Shown here piece by piece: positions 19,668 to 30,097 of a stretch of 64,000 bases of DNA. Origin of the DNA: Bacteroidales bacterium (GTDB lineage Bacteria > Bacteroidota > Bacteroidia > Bacteroidales > UBA12077); the NCBI GenBank assembly GCA_028282585.1, contig JANQHR010000149.1, positions 12,055 to 76,054 of the forward strand, in the 5' to 3' direction. Positions within the stretch are counted from its first letter, which is position 1. Each line of letters opens with the position of its first letter. The notes beneath the pieces were generated by a model. It was not told the DNA's origin, did no database searches, and saw only the letters and a program-made list of their open reading frames with translations. The translations under genes were made by a program, and so were the position numbers.

Positions 19668-22600
19668 ATGAAAAAAAGATTTTTAACAACAGTAAGTATT
19701 TGTTTCTTAATCATAATATTGTTCTTTTTATATAAAAGTAACATAGCTCCAACAAAAATTGCAGTCGTCTCATTTCCGGATTTTACCATGGAGAAAATGG
19801 AACGTTCAAACGATAACAAGTGGATTAAACTGCAAAATATTGAATTAGGCGAATTAGATAAGATTCATAAATATGATTTGGTTCTGGTAAGGGGTCATGG
19901 AGTTCGCATATCGCCCGAACAACTTGATTTATTAAGAAAAGCATCAGCTAAAGGAACCAAGATCTATGTAACGGATATAACAAATCCCGAATACGATGTT
20001 ACAAATATCAGGGGTAAAGAACTCGATTACATTACCGATTTACTGGATAACAAATGTGCTATAAATTTTAAAAATCTTTTTAATTATACCCGAAAAAATA
20101 TTGATGGGAAAAGATGGTTTAATAAACCCTATGGTGAAGCATTTATTCTACCGGAAGATTTTTATTTTCATGGAGAAGATGATCAAATTTTTGCAACCAT
20201 TGAAGAGTATGAAATATTTTACAAACAAAAGGGGTATTATAAAGAAAATGCTCCAAGGGTAGCATTACTTGCAGGAAATATAAACATACAAAACTCAAAC
20301 AGGGAACATACCCTTAAATTAATTCAAGGATTAGAGGAACAAGGATTAAACGTTTATCCTATCCGATCCTTTGGTAAAAAGAAATTAGAGCTTTTACAAA
20401 ATTGTGATCCCGATCTTGTAATACTTCGCCCACACGGCCGCCTGGCGATGGGGCAACAAAATAAGGCCATTGATTGGCTTAAAGAAAAAAATATTCCTGT
20501 ACTTGCTCCGCTTACGGTTTTCGATGAATATGACAAATGGCTTACCAACCAACAAGGAATGTACGGCGGAATGCTTTCCATGAGTATTGTTATGCCTGAA
20601 TTAGATGGAGCAGTAGTTCCATATGCAATTGTTTCCAAATTTAAAGGAGAATCGGGTAACCTGATCTTTGATGCTATTCCAAACCGCGTTGATAATTTTT
20701 GTAAGATAACTGCTAACTGGCTCAAACTTCAAACAAAAAATAATGCAGATAAAAAAATAGCTATTTATTACTTCAAGGGACCTGGTAATAATGCACTTGT
20801 TGCTGCCAATATGGAAGTAATACCATCGCTTTATAATGTTTTAAAATCTTTACAGAAACAAGGATATAACCTAAATGGGCTACCTACAACCAAAGAAGCA
20901 TTCCAGGAAATAATGATGAAAAAAGGTCCCGTTTTAGGAACTTATGCGCTTGGTGCATTTGATGAATATTTAAAAACCGGTAATCCTGCTTTAGTTGAAG
21001 CGACAGAATATGAAAATTGGTGTAAAGAAGAATTACCGGAAGATTTATATCAACAAGTAGTAGATAAATATGGAAAAGCTCCCGGGAAATATATGAACGT
21101 TGAAAAAGATAGTAAGCAATATATTGCCATTACAAGGGTACAATTTGGTAATGTTTGTCTGTTACCACAACCCCTGCCAGGAATTGGCGATGATACTCAA
21201 CAATTAGTACATGGTGCAAACGTAGCACCTCCTCATACCTATATAGCTTCTTATTTATGGACAAGTAAAGATTTTGGGGCCGATGCTATTTTTCATTTCG
21301 GTACACACGGAAGCTTAGAGTTTACTCCTGGAAAACAAGTTGCTTTATCAGACTATGATTGGTCAGACCGTTTAATTGGCAATACACCTCACTTTTATAT
21401 TTATACGATAAGCAATATAGGAGAAGGAATAATTGCTAAACGTAGAAGTTATGCTACTTTATTAACTTATCTTACTCCACCATTCATGAAAAGTGGATTA
21501 CATGATGATCTAGAAGAATTATACCAAAAATTAGATAAATATAATAGCTTGCCTGATGGCCCTGTAAAAGAACAGTACGCTAAATCAGCTAAATTATTAG
21601 CTGAAAAACAAAATATCCATAGAGCTATTGGCTTAGATTCTTTAAAACCATATGGTTCTGAAGAAATGTATAAAATACACGAATATCTTGAAGAAATTGA
21701 GGAGGAAAAGGTTACTGCTGGCCTTTATACTATGGGTATCGCATACAAACCGGAAAAATTAAAAGAAACTGTAACTCTTATGGCCCAAGATCCTATTGCC
21801 TTTGGGTTGGCCGAACTTGATGGAATGCGCGGAAAAATTGATGCAAATAAATACCAGGATAATTTTTATGTGTCCAAATATTACCGCCCTAAAGCAAAGA
21901 GAATAATTCAAAACATTCTTAACGAATATGATATTAATAAAACTCTGGGATCTTTACTTACGAATGAAGAACAAGCTAAGGCGCATCAGTGGAAAGAAAA
22001 AAATACTTCCCCGGATTTTATATCAGTAATGATGTCTTCTTCATCGTCTAAAGGATCCGAACAAACATTGCTTAAAGAAAATCTTCCAACACTTATCATA
22101 GATTTATGTAAGGACGAAAAGAATAAAAACTACATTCTGAACCTTAAATCAGAGAAAGTATTTAATAAATCATCTCAAATGCTGGATGCTTCATACAGAG
22201 CCAAAGCCCTAAAAATGGCTGAAAAAATGAAAAAAATGGCTCCTGAGATGTATGAGACCGTTTCTATCGCTAATCAAAAAAAGATGTTGCAGTTGCTTGA
22301 TGCAATGCAGGATAGCTTAATTAAAACAGAAGTATTTAAACTTTTAGAGGATAAAACCCTTGCCGAAAAAATAGAAAAGCAAAAAATAGAAATACTTAAA
22401 GAAAAGGCAGCATTAATATCTACTCCGGAATATCTTTCAATTATCCAGAAGTTGTTTAATACCAGTGATTCTGAATTAATTTCAAACAAAAGTAAAGAAG
22501 AGCTTAAAACGACATTCGAAATTTTAACTTTCTACAAGAATAATAAGGCATCCATTAAATATTGTGATTATGACATTGCTCAAACACTTACAAACCTAAT

Positions 22601-24362
22601 CAAAAGATCAGATTGGGATAGTAAAATACAAAGTTCTTTAGCAAGTATAAATAATCAAATAGATAAAATTAATAAAGAGGAAGCCCGGTTCGCTATAACT
22701 GTTCTGCAAGTTGAAAGAAGTATTCGGTCAGTAAAAAAATATTATAACAACTTAAGCAATAGCCCAAACTCTGAATTGTTTTCAATTGATAATGCATTGC
22801 ATGGCGGTTATACGGAGCCATCATCCGGCGGAGATCCAATCGTAAATCCGGAGTCTTTACCAACAGGGCGTAATATGTATTCTGTTGATGCAGAACGCAC
22901 ACCTTCTGATGAAGCATGGACCGTAGGAGTGCGGTTAGCCAAATCATTACTTGACAATGAATATAAAGCAAAGGGTCATTATCCGCATAAGGTTAGTTTC
23001 ACTTTGTGGGCAACAAATTTTATATCAACAGAAGGTGCTACCATAGCACAAATCTTGTATCTTTTAGGTGTTGAACCTGTACGAGACGGATTTGGTTCTG
23101 TACGAAACCTGCGTTTAATCCCAATAGAAGAGTTAGGAAGACCACGAATCGATGTTGTAGTTCAAACATCAGGACAACTAAGAGATTTAGCCGCTTCGCG
23201 TTTAAACCTAATTCGTAAAGCGGTATTGATGGCTTCACAATCGAAAGATGTAGATTCCATGAACTACGTGCAAAAGGGAATACATGATGCTGAAAAATTC
23301 ATGCTTGATAAAGGTTTCTCTCCCCTTGATGCAAGGAAATATGCATCAAAAAGAGTCTTTGGCGGAGTAAACGGAAATTATGGAACAGGTATCATGGGAT
23401 TAGTTGAAAAAGGAGATGCCTGGGATGATGAAAGTCAGGTTGCACGAAACTATTTAAATAATATGGGGGCAGTTTATGACGAAGGTGAAGATTGGGGAAC
23501 TTTCCGAGCAGGAATTTTCGAAGCTGCTTTACAAAACACCGAAACCGTTGTTCAGCCAAGAGCAAGTAATAACTGGGGCCCTCTCAGTTTAGATCATGTT
23601 TACGAATTTATGGGTGGTTTAAACATGACCGTAAGAAATGTAACAGGCAATGATCCAACTGCTTACTTCAATGATTTTAGAAATATCAGTAATCCCAGAA
23701 TGCAAGGATTAAACGAAGCTATAGGAGTTGAAACCAACTCTACGGTATTTAATCCAAAGTTTATTGAGGAATTGCTAAATGGCGAAGCCAGTTCAATGGA
23801 AACTTTCGCTGAAACATTCAGGAACACATATGGCTGGAATGTTATGAAACCAACAGCAATTGACGATCATATATGGAATACTTATCATGAAGTTTATGTA
23901 AAAGATAAATATAACCTAAATGTTCAGGATCGGTTTGAAGAAGAAAATCCTTATGCGCTACAGGAAATGACGTCTGTAATGATGGAAACTGCGCGTAAGG
24001 GATATTGGAAAGCAAACGAACAACAGTTAAAAGAAATAGCCCGGTTACACGCAGAGCTGATTAAAGAGCATAAAGCGGGTTGCAGCGGATTTGTCTGTGA
24101 CAATGCCAAATTAAAAGACTTTATTGCCAGTAAACTTGATCCTCAGCAAGCAGAACAGTACAATAATGATATAAAAGATGTAAGAGAAGTAAAAATTGAA
24201 GAGAATAAAGAAAGCCTAGTTCTTAAAAAAGAAGAGCAAAAGCAAAAACCCGATAAGGGGCAAAATAAACAAGAACCAAAAAAAGATAACGGAATAGTTA
24301 TTATTTCTTTAATCATAATAATTTTTATGGTCATGTTTTTTATCAGAAAAAGAAAGAAATAA
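19668..24362 (+). CDS. hmuS: CobN/Mg-chelatase-like protein, HmuS
   Basis: MPELDG, HFGTHGSLEF.PGK, AKRRS, LPTGRN, RPRIDVV, LDHVYEFMGG; N- and C-terminal TM anchors; hmu context. Confidence 0.88.
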   Translation: MKKRFLTTVSICFLIIILFFLYKSNIAPTKIAVVSFPDFTMEKMERSNDNKWIKLQNIELGELDKIHKYDLVLVRGHGVRISPEQLDLLRKASAKGTKIYVTDITNPEYDVTNIRGKELDYITDLLDNKCAINFKNLFNYTRKNIDGKRWFNKPYGEAFILPEDFYFHGEDDQIFATIEEYEIFYKQKGYYKENAPRVALLAGNINIQNSNREHTLKLIQGLEEQGLNVYPIRSFGKKKLELLQNCDPDLVILRPHGRLAMGQQNKAIDWLKEKNIPVLAPLTVFDEYDKWLTNQQGMYGGMLSMSIVMPELDGAVVPYAIVSKFKGESGNLIFDAIPNRVDNFCKITANWLKLQTKNNADKKIAIYYFKGPGNNALVAANMEVIPSLYNVLKSLQKQGYNLNGLPTTKEAFQEIMMKKGPVLGTYALGAFDEYLKTGNPALVEATEYENWCKEELPEDLYQQVVDKYGKAPGKYMNVEKDSKQYIAITRVQFGNVCLLPQPLPGIGDDTQQLVHGANVAPPHTYIASYLWTSKDFGADAIFHFGTHGSLEFTPGKQVALSDYDWSDRLIGNTPHFYIYTISNIGEGIIAKRRSYATLLTYLTPPFMKSGLHDDLEELYQKLDKYNSLPDGPVKEQYAKSAKLLAEKQNIHRAIGLDSLKPYGSEEMYKIHEYLEEIEEEKVTAGLYTMGIAYKPEKLKETVTLMAQDPIAFGLAELDGMRGKIDANKYQDNFYVSKYYRPKAKRIIQNILNEYDINKTLGSLLTNEEQAKAHQWKEKNTSPDFISVMMSSSSSKGSEQTLLKENLPTLIIDLCKDEKNKNYILNLKSEKVFNKSSQMLDASYRAKALKMAEKMKKMAPEMYETVSIANQKKMLQLLDAMQDSLIKTEVFKLLEDKTLAEKIEKQKIEILKEKAALISTPEYLSIIQKLFNTSDSELISNKSKEELKTTFEILTFYKNNKASIKYCDYDIAQTLTNLIKRSDWDSKIQSSLASINNQIDKINKEEARFAITVLQVERSIRSVKKYYNNLSNSPNSELFSIDNALHGGYTEPSSGGDPIVNPESLPTGRNMYSVDAERTPSDEAWTVGVRLAKSLLDNEYKAKGHYPHKVSFTLWATNFISTEGATIAQILYLLGVEPVRDGFGSVRNLRLIPIEELGRPRIDVVVQTSGQLRDLAASRLNLIRKAVLMASQSKDVDSMNYVQKGIHDAEKFMLDKGFSPLDARKYASKRVFGGVNGNYGTGIMGLVEKGDAWDDESQVARNYLNNMGAVYDEGEDWGTFRAGIFEAALQNTETVVQPRASNNWGPLSLDHVYEFMGGLNMTVRNVTGNDPTAYFNDFRNISNPRMQGLNEAIGVETNSTVFNPKFIEELLNGEASSMETFAETFRNTYGWNVMKPTAIDDHIWNTYHEVYVKDKYNLNVQDRFEEENPYALQEMTSVMMETARKGYWKANEQQLKEIARLHAELIKEHKAGCSGFVCDNAKLKDFIASKLDPQQAEQYNNDIKDVREVKIEENKESLVLKKEEQKQKPDKGQNKQEPKKDNGIVIISLIIIIFMVMFFIRKRKK

Positions 24363-24770
24363 ATGAATAACGAAAGTATAAAACAACGCATAAACCTGCA
24401 TTGGGTTATTATTCTTATTGGATTAATGTTTCATATTATTCTTCATCTCGTTCCAATTTTTTATGGAATTAACGTTGAAAAAAATGGAGCCAATGGAATA
24501 ATCCCAATTGGTATGGTTTTTATATTTGGACTTAGTTTTTGTATTCCGGTTTTAGCTATTTTAAACACTAACTATCTAAAAGGAAATACTGGTAAATTAA
24601 TAAACATGTTATTGTCATTTGCTGCTTTATTAGTAAACACAGGACATTTACATGAAATTTATTCTACCGGGGCAAAAAGCCCTGTTCAGCTATTTGTTTT
24701 AATACCTCTATTTTTTGTTTCAATTTTTTTGGTTAGAGATTCAATTAAATGGTTTAAAACAAAATTATAA
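24363..24770 (+). CDS. Four-TM membrane protein of unknown function
   Basis: Four hydrophobic segments with embedded His; abuts both neighbouring genes. Confidence 0.6.
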   Translation: MNNESIKQRINLHWVIILIGLMFHIILHLVPIFYGINVEKNGANGIIPIGMVFIFGLSFCIPVLAILNTNYLKGNTGKLINMLLSFAALLVNTGHLHEIYSTGAKSPVQLFVLIPLFFVSIFLVRDSIKWFKTKL

Positions 24771-25474
24771 TGGAAAATGTATTACAAGTCATTCTTATTC
24801 TTTCTGTTATAAAGTTTGCCTGTAAGGCTACTTTTTATAAAAGTTATTCGGGAGTATTACTTTTTGCAGGTCTTGCAGGCATTTTTACTTATATTATTCA
24901 TCCTTTCGTTATTAAACAAAATGGAGATATCTATACAGTATTATTTTCTGAAAGTCGCAGAGTAACTAATTTAGCTTTAGTAATTACATTGGAAGCAATC
25001 TCCGGAATTCTTATTAGTATTGGAATGTTACAGAATCTATTTTCGGTTAAAAAAAGAAAGTGGATAAAACTTCTAAAGCTAGTACCTGGTGTATTGATTG
25101 CCGGAGCAATTTTTTATATTGAACTGAAAGTTTTTTATTTGTTCCCCGGTTTGAACTTTAAGTTAACATCTTTAATTACTGCAATAAGTTTATTTTTGTT
25201 AATTACTCTTTTATCATTTTTTATTAAATACTTTTTTCCCCAAGATAGCATACGCTATGAACTTAAGTTCTTAATTAACTCTATTTTATTTATTATAGCA
25301 ATTATAATAAATGCAGGATTGGCTAGCTATAATCATAGTGAATACAATTCCGGAATAAATTTTACTAACCTTCTGGTTTTTATTTTAATTGTAATTGCAT
25401 TGGGAACTTCGGGATACTATTTAAACAAAATCAAAAACAAAAAACAATTTAAATTTTTACAAAAATGGATATAA
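24770..25474 (+). CDS. Polytopic membrane protein, HmuT-like
   Basis: About 7 TM helices; position between hmuS and the ExbB-like gene. Confidence 0.65.
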   Translation: MENVLQVILILSVIKFACKATFYKSYSGVLLFAGLAGIFTYIIHPFVIKQNGDIYTVLFSESRRVTNLALVITLEAISGILISIGMLQNLFSVKKRKWIKLLKLVPGVLIAGAIFYIELKVFYLFPGLNFKLTSLITAISLFLLITLLSFFIKYFFPQDSIRYELKFLINSILFIIAIIINAGLASYNHSEYNSGINFTNLLVFILIVIALGTSGYYLNKIKNKKQFKFLQKWI

Positions 25475-26109
25475 TAACAAATTGGCTCTATTGGCTTACT
25501 ACGGGTCTTTTAGTTCCTGTTGTCGTTTTTCTTTTAATTCTCTTTGTCAGATCATTGTTGTTGGCTGGCAGTTTTTACGGAACTTATATAAATCGTACAA
25601 AAAATAAGCAAAAAATAAAAGAAGCTATTGAAAACAGAAATGTTCTCGATTTTATACAGAATTTTCATTTACCTGAATTTCCTAATAATCAATTGGCTAT
25701 TTATATTGATAAAATAAAGAAGAAAAGTACTTCAAAGGCTAACTTAAATAAGCTGTTAGGCGATTATGAAATTCTGGCTGATACTGATTTAGGAAAATCA
25801 AAGAGTTTAACAAAATTAGGCCCAATGTTAGGCTTAATGGGAACTTTAATTCCAATGGGGCCAGCTCTTGTCGGTTTGGCAAGTGGTGATGTTGCAACTA
25901 TGGCACACAACATGCAAGTAGCCTTTGCCACAACCGTAATTGGTGTTTTTATAGGTGCCATAGGATTTATAACTTTACAAATAAAGCAAAGATGGTATGC
26001 TGACGATATGAATACCTTAGAATATCTTACAGAAGCAATTTTGGAATATTTTTCCGAAGAAAAAGTAAAAAATATAGATTATGAAAAAGAGACGATTGTT
26101 GCAAGCTAA
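25465..26109 (+). CDS. MotA/TolQ/ExbB family protein, HmuU-like
   Basis: GPMLGLMGTLIPMGPAL, MQVAFATTVIG. Confidence 0.9.
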   Translation: MDIITNWLYWLTTGLLVPVVVFLLILFVRSLLLAGSFYGTYINRTKNKQKIKEAIENRNVLDFIQNFHLPEFPNNQLAIYIDKIKKKSTSKANLNKLLGDYEILADTDLGKSKSLTKLGPMLGLMGTLIPMGPALVGLASGDVATMAHNMQVAFATTVIGVFIGAIGFITLQIKQRWYADDMNTLEYLTEAILEYFSEEKVKNIDYEKETIVAS

Positions 26110-26407
26110 TGATGATCAGGATCCATTATCAGTACTAACAAATTTGTTTGATGTCGCAATGGTTTTTGCTGTTGCACTTATGGTTGCACTGGTTACAAGA
26201 TATCAGATGAACGAAGTTTTTTCCAAAGAAGATTTTACCATGGTTAAAAATCCAGGAAAAGAAAACATGGAGATCATTACTAAAAAGGGAGAAACTATTG
26301 AAAAATATAAGCCTTCCGAAGATACGCAAAACTCAGGAACCAGAGGTAAACGGGTTGGAGTTGCTTACCAGCTTGAAAATGGGGAAATAATTTATATTCC
26401 TGAATAA
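26081..26407 (+). CDS. DUF2149 family protein, HmuV-like
   Basis: DPLSVLTNLFDVAMVFAVAL, KNPGKENMEII, GVAYQLENGEIIYIPE. Confidence 0.88.
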   Translation: MKKRRLLQANDDQDPLSVLTNLFDVAMVFAVALMVALVTRYQMNEVFSKEDFTMVKNPGKENMEIITKKGETIEKYKPSEDTQNSGTRGKRVGVAYQLENGEIIYIPE

Positions 26408-26425
26408 AATAAATTTGAACTTAAT

Positions 26426-27181
26426 ATGAAAAAGAAGTTGCTGTTTAATCCTAAATCCAGGTTGGCTGATATTATTCATTTAGATTATCGATTAATTCCT
26501 GTCATAGGAAGGTTTGGGATCGAATTTGGATTTGGAAACAAAACGATTAAGGAAGTTTGCAACAACAAAGGAATAAACGTTTGGTTTGCACTTGAGATAA
26601 TCAACTCATATCACGATAGCAACTATTTTCCAAAAAAAAGCCTTCAAAATTTTCCGGCAAAACTTATCATTGAATATTTATCAAGTACTCACAATTATTA
26701 CCTAAAGGTTAAAATACCTGAAATACAAGAGTATATTGATAAAATGGAACAAAATGTAAAACCTGAAAACCATAAGAACATTACGCTTTTAAATGGTTTT
26801 TTTAACGAGTATAAAGAAGAATTAAGGTTACATCTTGAAAATGAGGATCAACATGTTTTTCCATATATCTTGGATATTGATAATGCCATGATTCGTGGTG
26901 AGATAGATGATGAGCTATATAAAAAGATTTTAACCGACTCAATAGAAAATTACGAAAGAAGCCATGACGATGCAGAGGTTAAGCTAAATGACTTAAAGAA
27001 CCTGATCATAAAATTTTTACCACCAGTTTTATGTAAGGAATTATGCCAAAATCTATTAATTGAAATATTTCGCTTAGAAGCGGATATAAAAAATCATACA
27101 AATATTGAGGATAAAGTACTTATTCCAAAAGTTAAATTAATGGAAAAAAAATTATTAGAAATTCGTGAAAACAAACTATAG
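26426..27181 (+). CDS. Hemerythrin-domain (RIC/ScdA-like) protein
   Basis: RFGIEFGFG, THNYY, HLENEDQHVFPY, HTNIEDKVLIP. Confidence 0.85.
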   Translation: MKKKLLFNPKSRLADIIHLDYRLIPVIGRFGIEFGFGNKTIKEVCNNKGINVWFALEIINSYHDSNYFPKKSLQNFPAKLIIEYLSSTHNYYLKVKIPEIQEYIDKMEQNVKPENHKNITLLNGFFNEYKEELRLHLENEDQHVFPYILDIDNAMIRGEIDDELYKKILTDSIENYERSHDDAEVKLNDLKNLIIKFLPPVLCKELCQNLLIEIFRLEADIKNHTNIEDKVLIPKVKLMEKKLLEIRENKL

Positions 27182-27770
27182 AATAAGGAAAGTTGTAATT
27201 GCTTCAAATAATTATATATATACCCTTGGAATAAAAACCATTCTGAGCGTAATAGGCATAAAACCTGAATTATTTGATGTTGAGTCTATTGATGAATTAA
27301 AAGAGCTATTAAAAGAGCAAGCTCTTCCTTTATTCTTAATTCTGAACGAAGATATTCTTAACAATAACGTAGAACAAACCATTTCTGAAATCAAAAAGAT
27401 TTCCCCTGATTGTCCCCTGATTCTTTTAAAAAACAGTCAAACTTCTATTAAAGCCAACATAAAATGTATCAATCATAATGAAAATCAATCGGAAATTTTA
27501 AAAAAACTCACTAACTTTTTTAAGGAAAAGAATCAAAAAGACTCTAAAAAAAATCAACCTATTTTAAGTGATCGGGAAAAAGATGTTTTAAAAGAAGTTG
27601 CTTTGGGTTTGGCTAATAAAGAAATTGCAGATAAACTATTTATTAGCATTAATACTGTTATAACACACCGAAAAAACATTACCGAAAAATTAGGCATAAA
27701 AACGATTGCCGGCCTTACAGTTTATGCTATGCTAAATAACTACATCGATCCTGAGAAAGGAAATCTTTGA
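27165..27770 (+). CDS. LuxR-type regulator with degenerate receiver domain
   Basis: LSDREKDVL..VALG..NKEIADKLFISINTVITHRKNI; GTG start overlapping the upstream gene by 17 nt. Confidence 0.88.
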   Translation: MKTNYRIRKVVIASNNYIYTLGIKTILSVIGIKPELFDVESIDELKELLKEQALPLFLILNEDILNNNVEQTISEIKKISPDCPLILLKNSQTSIKANIKCINHNENQSEILKKLTNFFKEKNQKDSKKNQPILSDREKDVLKEVALGLANKEIADKLFISINTVITHRKNITEKLGIKTIAGLTVYAMLNNYIDPEKGNL

Positions 27771-27933
27771 CTACTTTTTAATTAAAAAATGCATAATTGT
27801 TTCTGAAGATAAATTACAATTAGGCGGTATTTTCTCTTAACAGTTATTATTAGAAAAAAGCGATTCTTTTCAGATGTAGGATTTAACCTTCTTTACAATA
27901 TTAAAGATTTCTAAGATTGGTTTTAGTCTTTAC

Positions 27934-27956
27934 AAAATCATAACATTTAGGGATTG
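27934..27956 (+). promoter_or_regulatory. 23-bp conserved box, copy 2
   Basis: AAAATCATAACATTTAGGGATTG upstream of tetR1. Confidence 0.6.
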
Positions 27957-27991
27957 TTATTAAATTTTATAATATATTACTTTGCATTAAC

Positions 27992-28002
27992 GAACAATGT
28001 TC
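27992..28002. promoter_or_regulatory. Putative TetR operator GAACA-N-TGTTC, copy 1 of 4
   Basis: GAACAATGTTC 4 nt before the tetR1 start codon. Confidence 0.7.
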
Positions 28003-28006
28003 TTTT

Positions 28007-28618
28007 ATGCAAGTACAAAAAAATAACATACGCGAAAAAGTGCTAAAAGAAGCACGAAAAGAATTTATTGCTAAAGGTTTCAAGGATTCCAATATGCGTA
28101 CTATTGCTAAAAAATCAAAAGTTGGATTAAGCAACATCTATAATTATTTTAAAGACAAAAATGAAATCTTTATTGAAGTACTAGCACCTTTGTTAAGCGA
28201 ATTGGATAAAATGATGCAAGAACATAATAACCCGGAATACATTACTGTCGATTATTTTACTTCCGAACAGCACCAGTTATATCATATAAATCAATATTTG
28301 GGCCTTATTATTAATTTTAAAGATGAATTAAATCTTTTGTTATTTAAATCATATGGTTCAAGTTTTGAGAATTTCAGGGATGAATACACCGACCGCCATA
28401 CCAAATCCGGTGTAGAATACATTAAAAAAATGAAAGAAAAATATCCTTACATCAATTCGGATATATCTGAATTCTTCCTCCATACTATGAGCTCATGGTG
28501 GTTTAGTATTATAGGCGAGATTGTATCTCACAACTTAAGTAATGAAGTAATTAAAAGATTTATTTCGGAATTTATGGAATTTGGTACTGCCGGTTGGAAA
28601 AAGATAATGAAAGTATAA
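28007..28618 (+). CDS. TetR/AcrR family regulator
   Basis: EFIAKGFKDSNMRTIAKKSKVGLSNIYNYFKDK HTH. Confidence 0.93.
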   Translation: MQVQKNNIREKVLKEARKEFIAKGFKDSNMRTIAKKSKVGLSNIYNYFKDKNEIFIEVLAPLLSELDKMMQEHNNPEYITVDYFTSEQHQLYHINQYLGLIINFKDELNLLLFKSYGSSFENFRDEYTDRHTKSGVEYIKKMKEKYPYINSDISEFFLHTMSSWWFSIIGEIVSHNLSNEVIKRFISEFMEFGTAGWKKIMKV

Positions 28619-28635
28619 TTTTTTTGAACAAAAAT

Positions 28636-28646
28636 GAACATTGTTC
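28636..28646. promoter_or_regulatory. Putative TetR operator, copy 2
   Basis: GAACATTGTTC, with an extra GAACA half-site 10 bp upstream. Confidence 0.7.
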
Positions 28647-28666
28647 TTTTTTAAAATATATTGATA

Positions 28667-30064
28667 ATGAAAGATTCAGAACACAAAAATAGAGCAGAAA
28701 CTGCAACAATAAAGGACCAGCAAAAGCAACTTATACTTCATGGCAACTTAAAACAAGTTATGTGGAAACTTTCCCTGCCTGCCATAATAGCTATGGTGTT
28801 GTATGGGTTAAATGCTTTTCTCGATACTGTTTTTGTCGGCCAGCTTTTGAACGAAATAGCCTTGGCTGGAGTAGCAATGGCATACCCGTTAACAAGTATT
28901 ATGCTTGGACTTGGCTCCCTTGCAGGAACCGGAGCAGCTTCTGCATTAAGTATTGCCATAGGAGCTAACGACACGGATACCCAACGAAAATTATTAAGCA
29001 ATACAACTGTCTTAATGCTTATTAGCACGATAATATTTGCAGTGCCAGCTTATATTTTTGCCGAACCGCTCATAAAAATGATGGGGGGACGTGGTCAAAT
29101 CCTTCAGGAAGGGACAGCATATTTTAAAGTTACTCTTATAGGTTCCATATTCTGGGTGTATGGATTGGGACTTAACCTTGTTATACGGGGTGAAGGTAAA
29201 ATGAAAGAAGCAGCCATTATGATGAGTTATGGCCTTATTGTTAATGTTATGCTCACCCCCTTGTTTATTGCTGTATTCAACATGGGAATTTCCGGTGCAG
29301 CTTGGGCAACAAACATTGGTATGCTGATTTACAGCGTAGTTGGTTATCGTTATTTTAAACGTGGGAAAGCCTCTTTTCTCGCCAATATCAACCAGTTGAA
29401 ATTCAATAAAGAAGTTTTTAAATCAATTCTATCACTCGGGATGCCCGGTTTTATAATGAGTATCATGGCTCTTTTGCAGGCTATTGTAGTTTTTAATGCT
29501 TTAAACAGTTATGGTACTGATAAGGATCTTGCTTTTTTTGCTGCTGCCAACCGCATATTATTGTTCCTTATGACACCTTTATTTGGTCTCATGCGTGCCT
29601 TGCAGCCCATTGCAGGCATTAATTTCGGAGCTAAGCAATACGATAAAGTAAAACAAAGTTTTATACTGTTTTCCAAAACAGGCTTTTATATTGTTTTTCC
29701 CTTTTGGGTGCTCATGACCATCTTCCCAGAAGCATCACTTCGGATGGCTTTACCAGAAATGAACCTCGTGGCTAACGATTTATTGAATTTCAGGATATAC
29801 ATGTTGATACTGCCATTGCTCCCGATCATATTTATGGCTCTTACATTTTTTCCCGCTATTAATGAAGGCAAATACGGAACCATAATTGGAATAGCTCGTC
29901 AGGTCATTTTTTACATTCCTGTAATGCTTTTATTGCCTCGATTCTTTGGTACTAACTGGGTATACTATGGTTCCACTTTAATCGACATAACGCTGACAAT
30001 TTGGATAGTACTTATAGTGAGAAAGTTGTTTGGGAAAATAACCGTAAACCAAGCTAATAGTTAA
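28667..30064 (+). CDS. MATE family efflux transporter
   Basis: KLSLPAIIAM, DTVFVGQ, IRGEG, MGISGAAWAT, INFGAK; about 12 TM. Confidence 0.92.
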   Translation: MKDSEHKNRAETATIKDQQKQLILHGNLKQVMWKLSLPAIIAMVLYGLNAFLDTVFVGQLLNEIALAGVAMAYPLTSIMLGLGSLAGTGAASALSIAIGANDTDTQRKLLSNTTVLMLISTIIFAVPAYIFAEPLIKMMGGRGQILQEGTAYFKVTLIGSIFWVYGLGLNLVIRGEGKMKEAAIMMSYGLIVNVMLTPLFIAVFNMGISGAAWATNIGMLIYSVVGYRYFKRGKASFLANINQLKFNKEVFKSILSLGMPGFIMSIMALLQAIVVFNALNSYGTDKDLAFFAAANRILLFLMTPLFGLMRALQPIAGINFGAKQYDKVKQSFILFSKTGFYIVFPFWVLMTIFPEASLRMALPEMNLVANDLLNFRIYMLILPLLPIIFMALTFFPAINEGKYGTIIGIARQVIFYIPVMLLLPRFFGTNWVYYGSTLIDITLTIWIVLIVRKLFGKITVNQANS

Positions 30065-30097
30065 AATAAGATGTTAATTAAATAACAATATAATTCA

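Noticed and set aside
19668-24362. Cobalamin biosynthesis cobaltochelatase
   Set aside because: No cobS/cobT or other cob/cbi genes; membrane anchors and neighbours fit HmuS.
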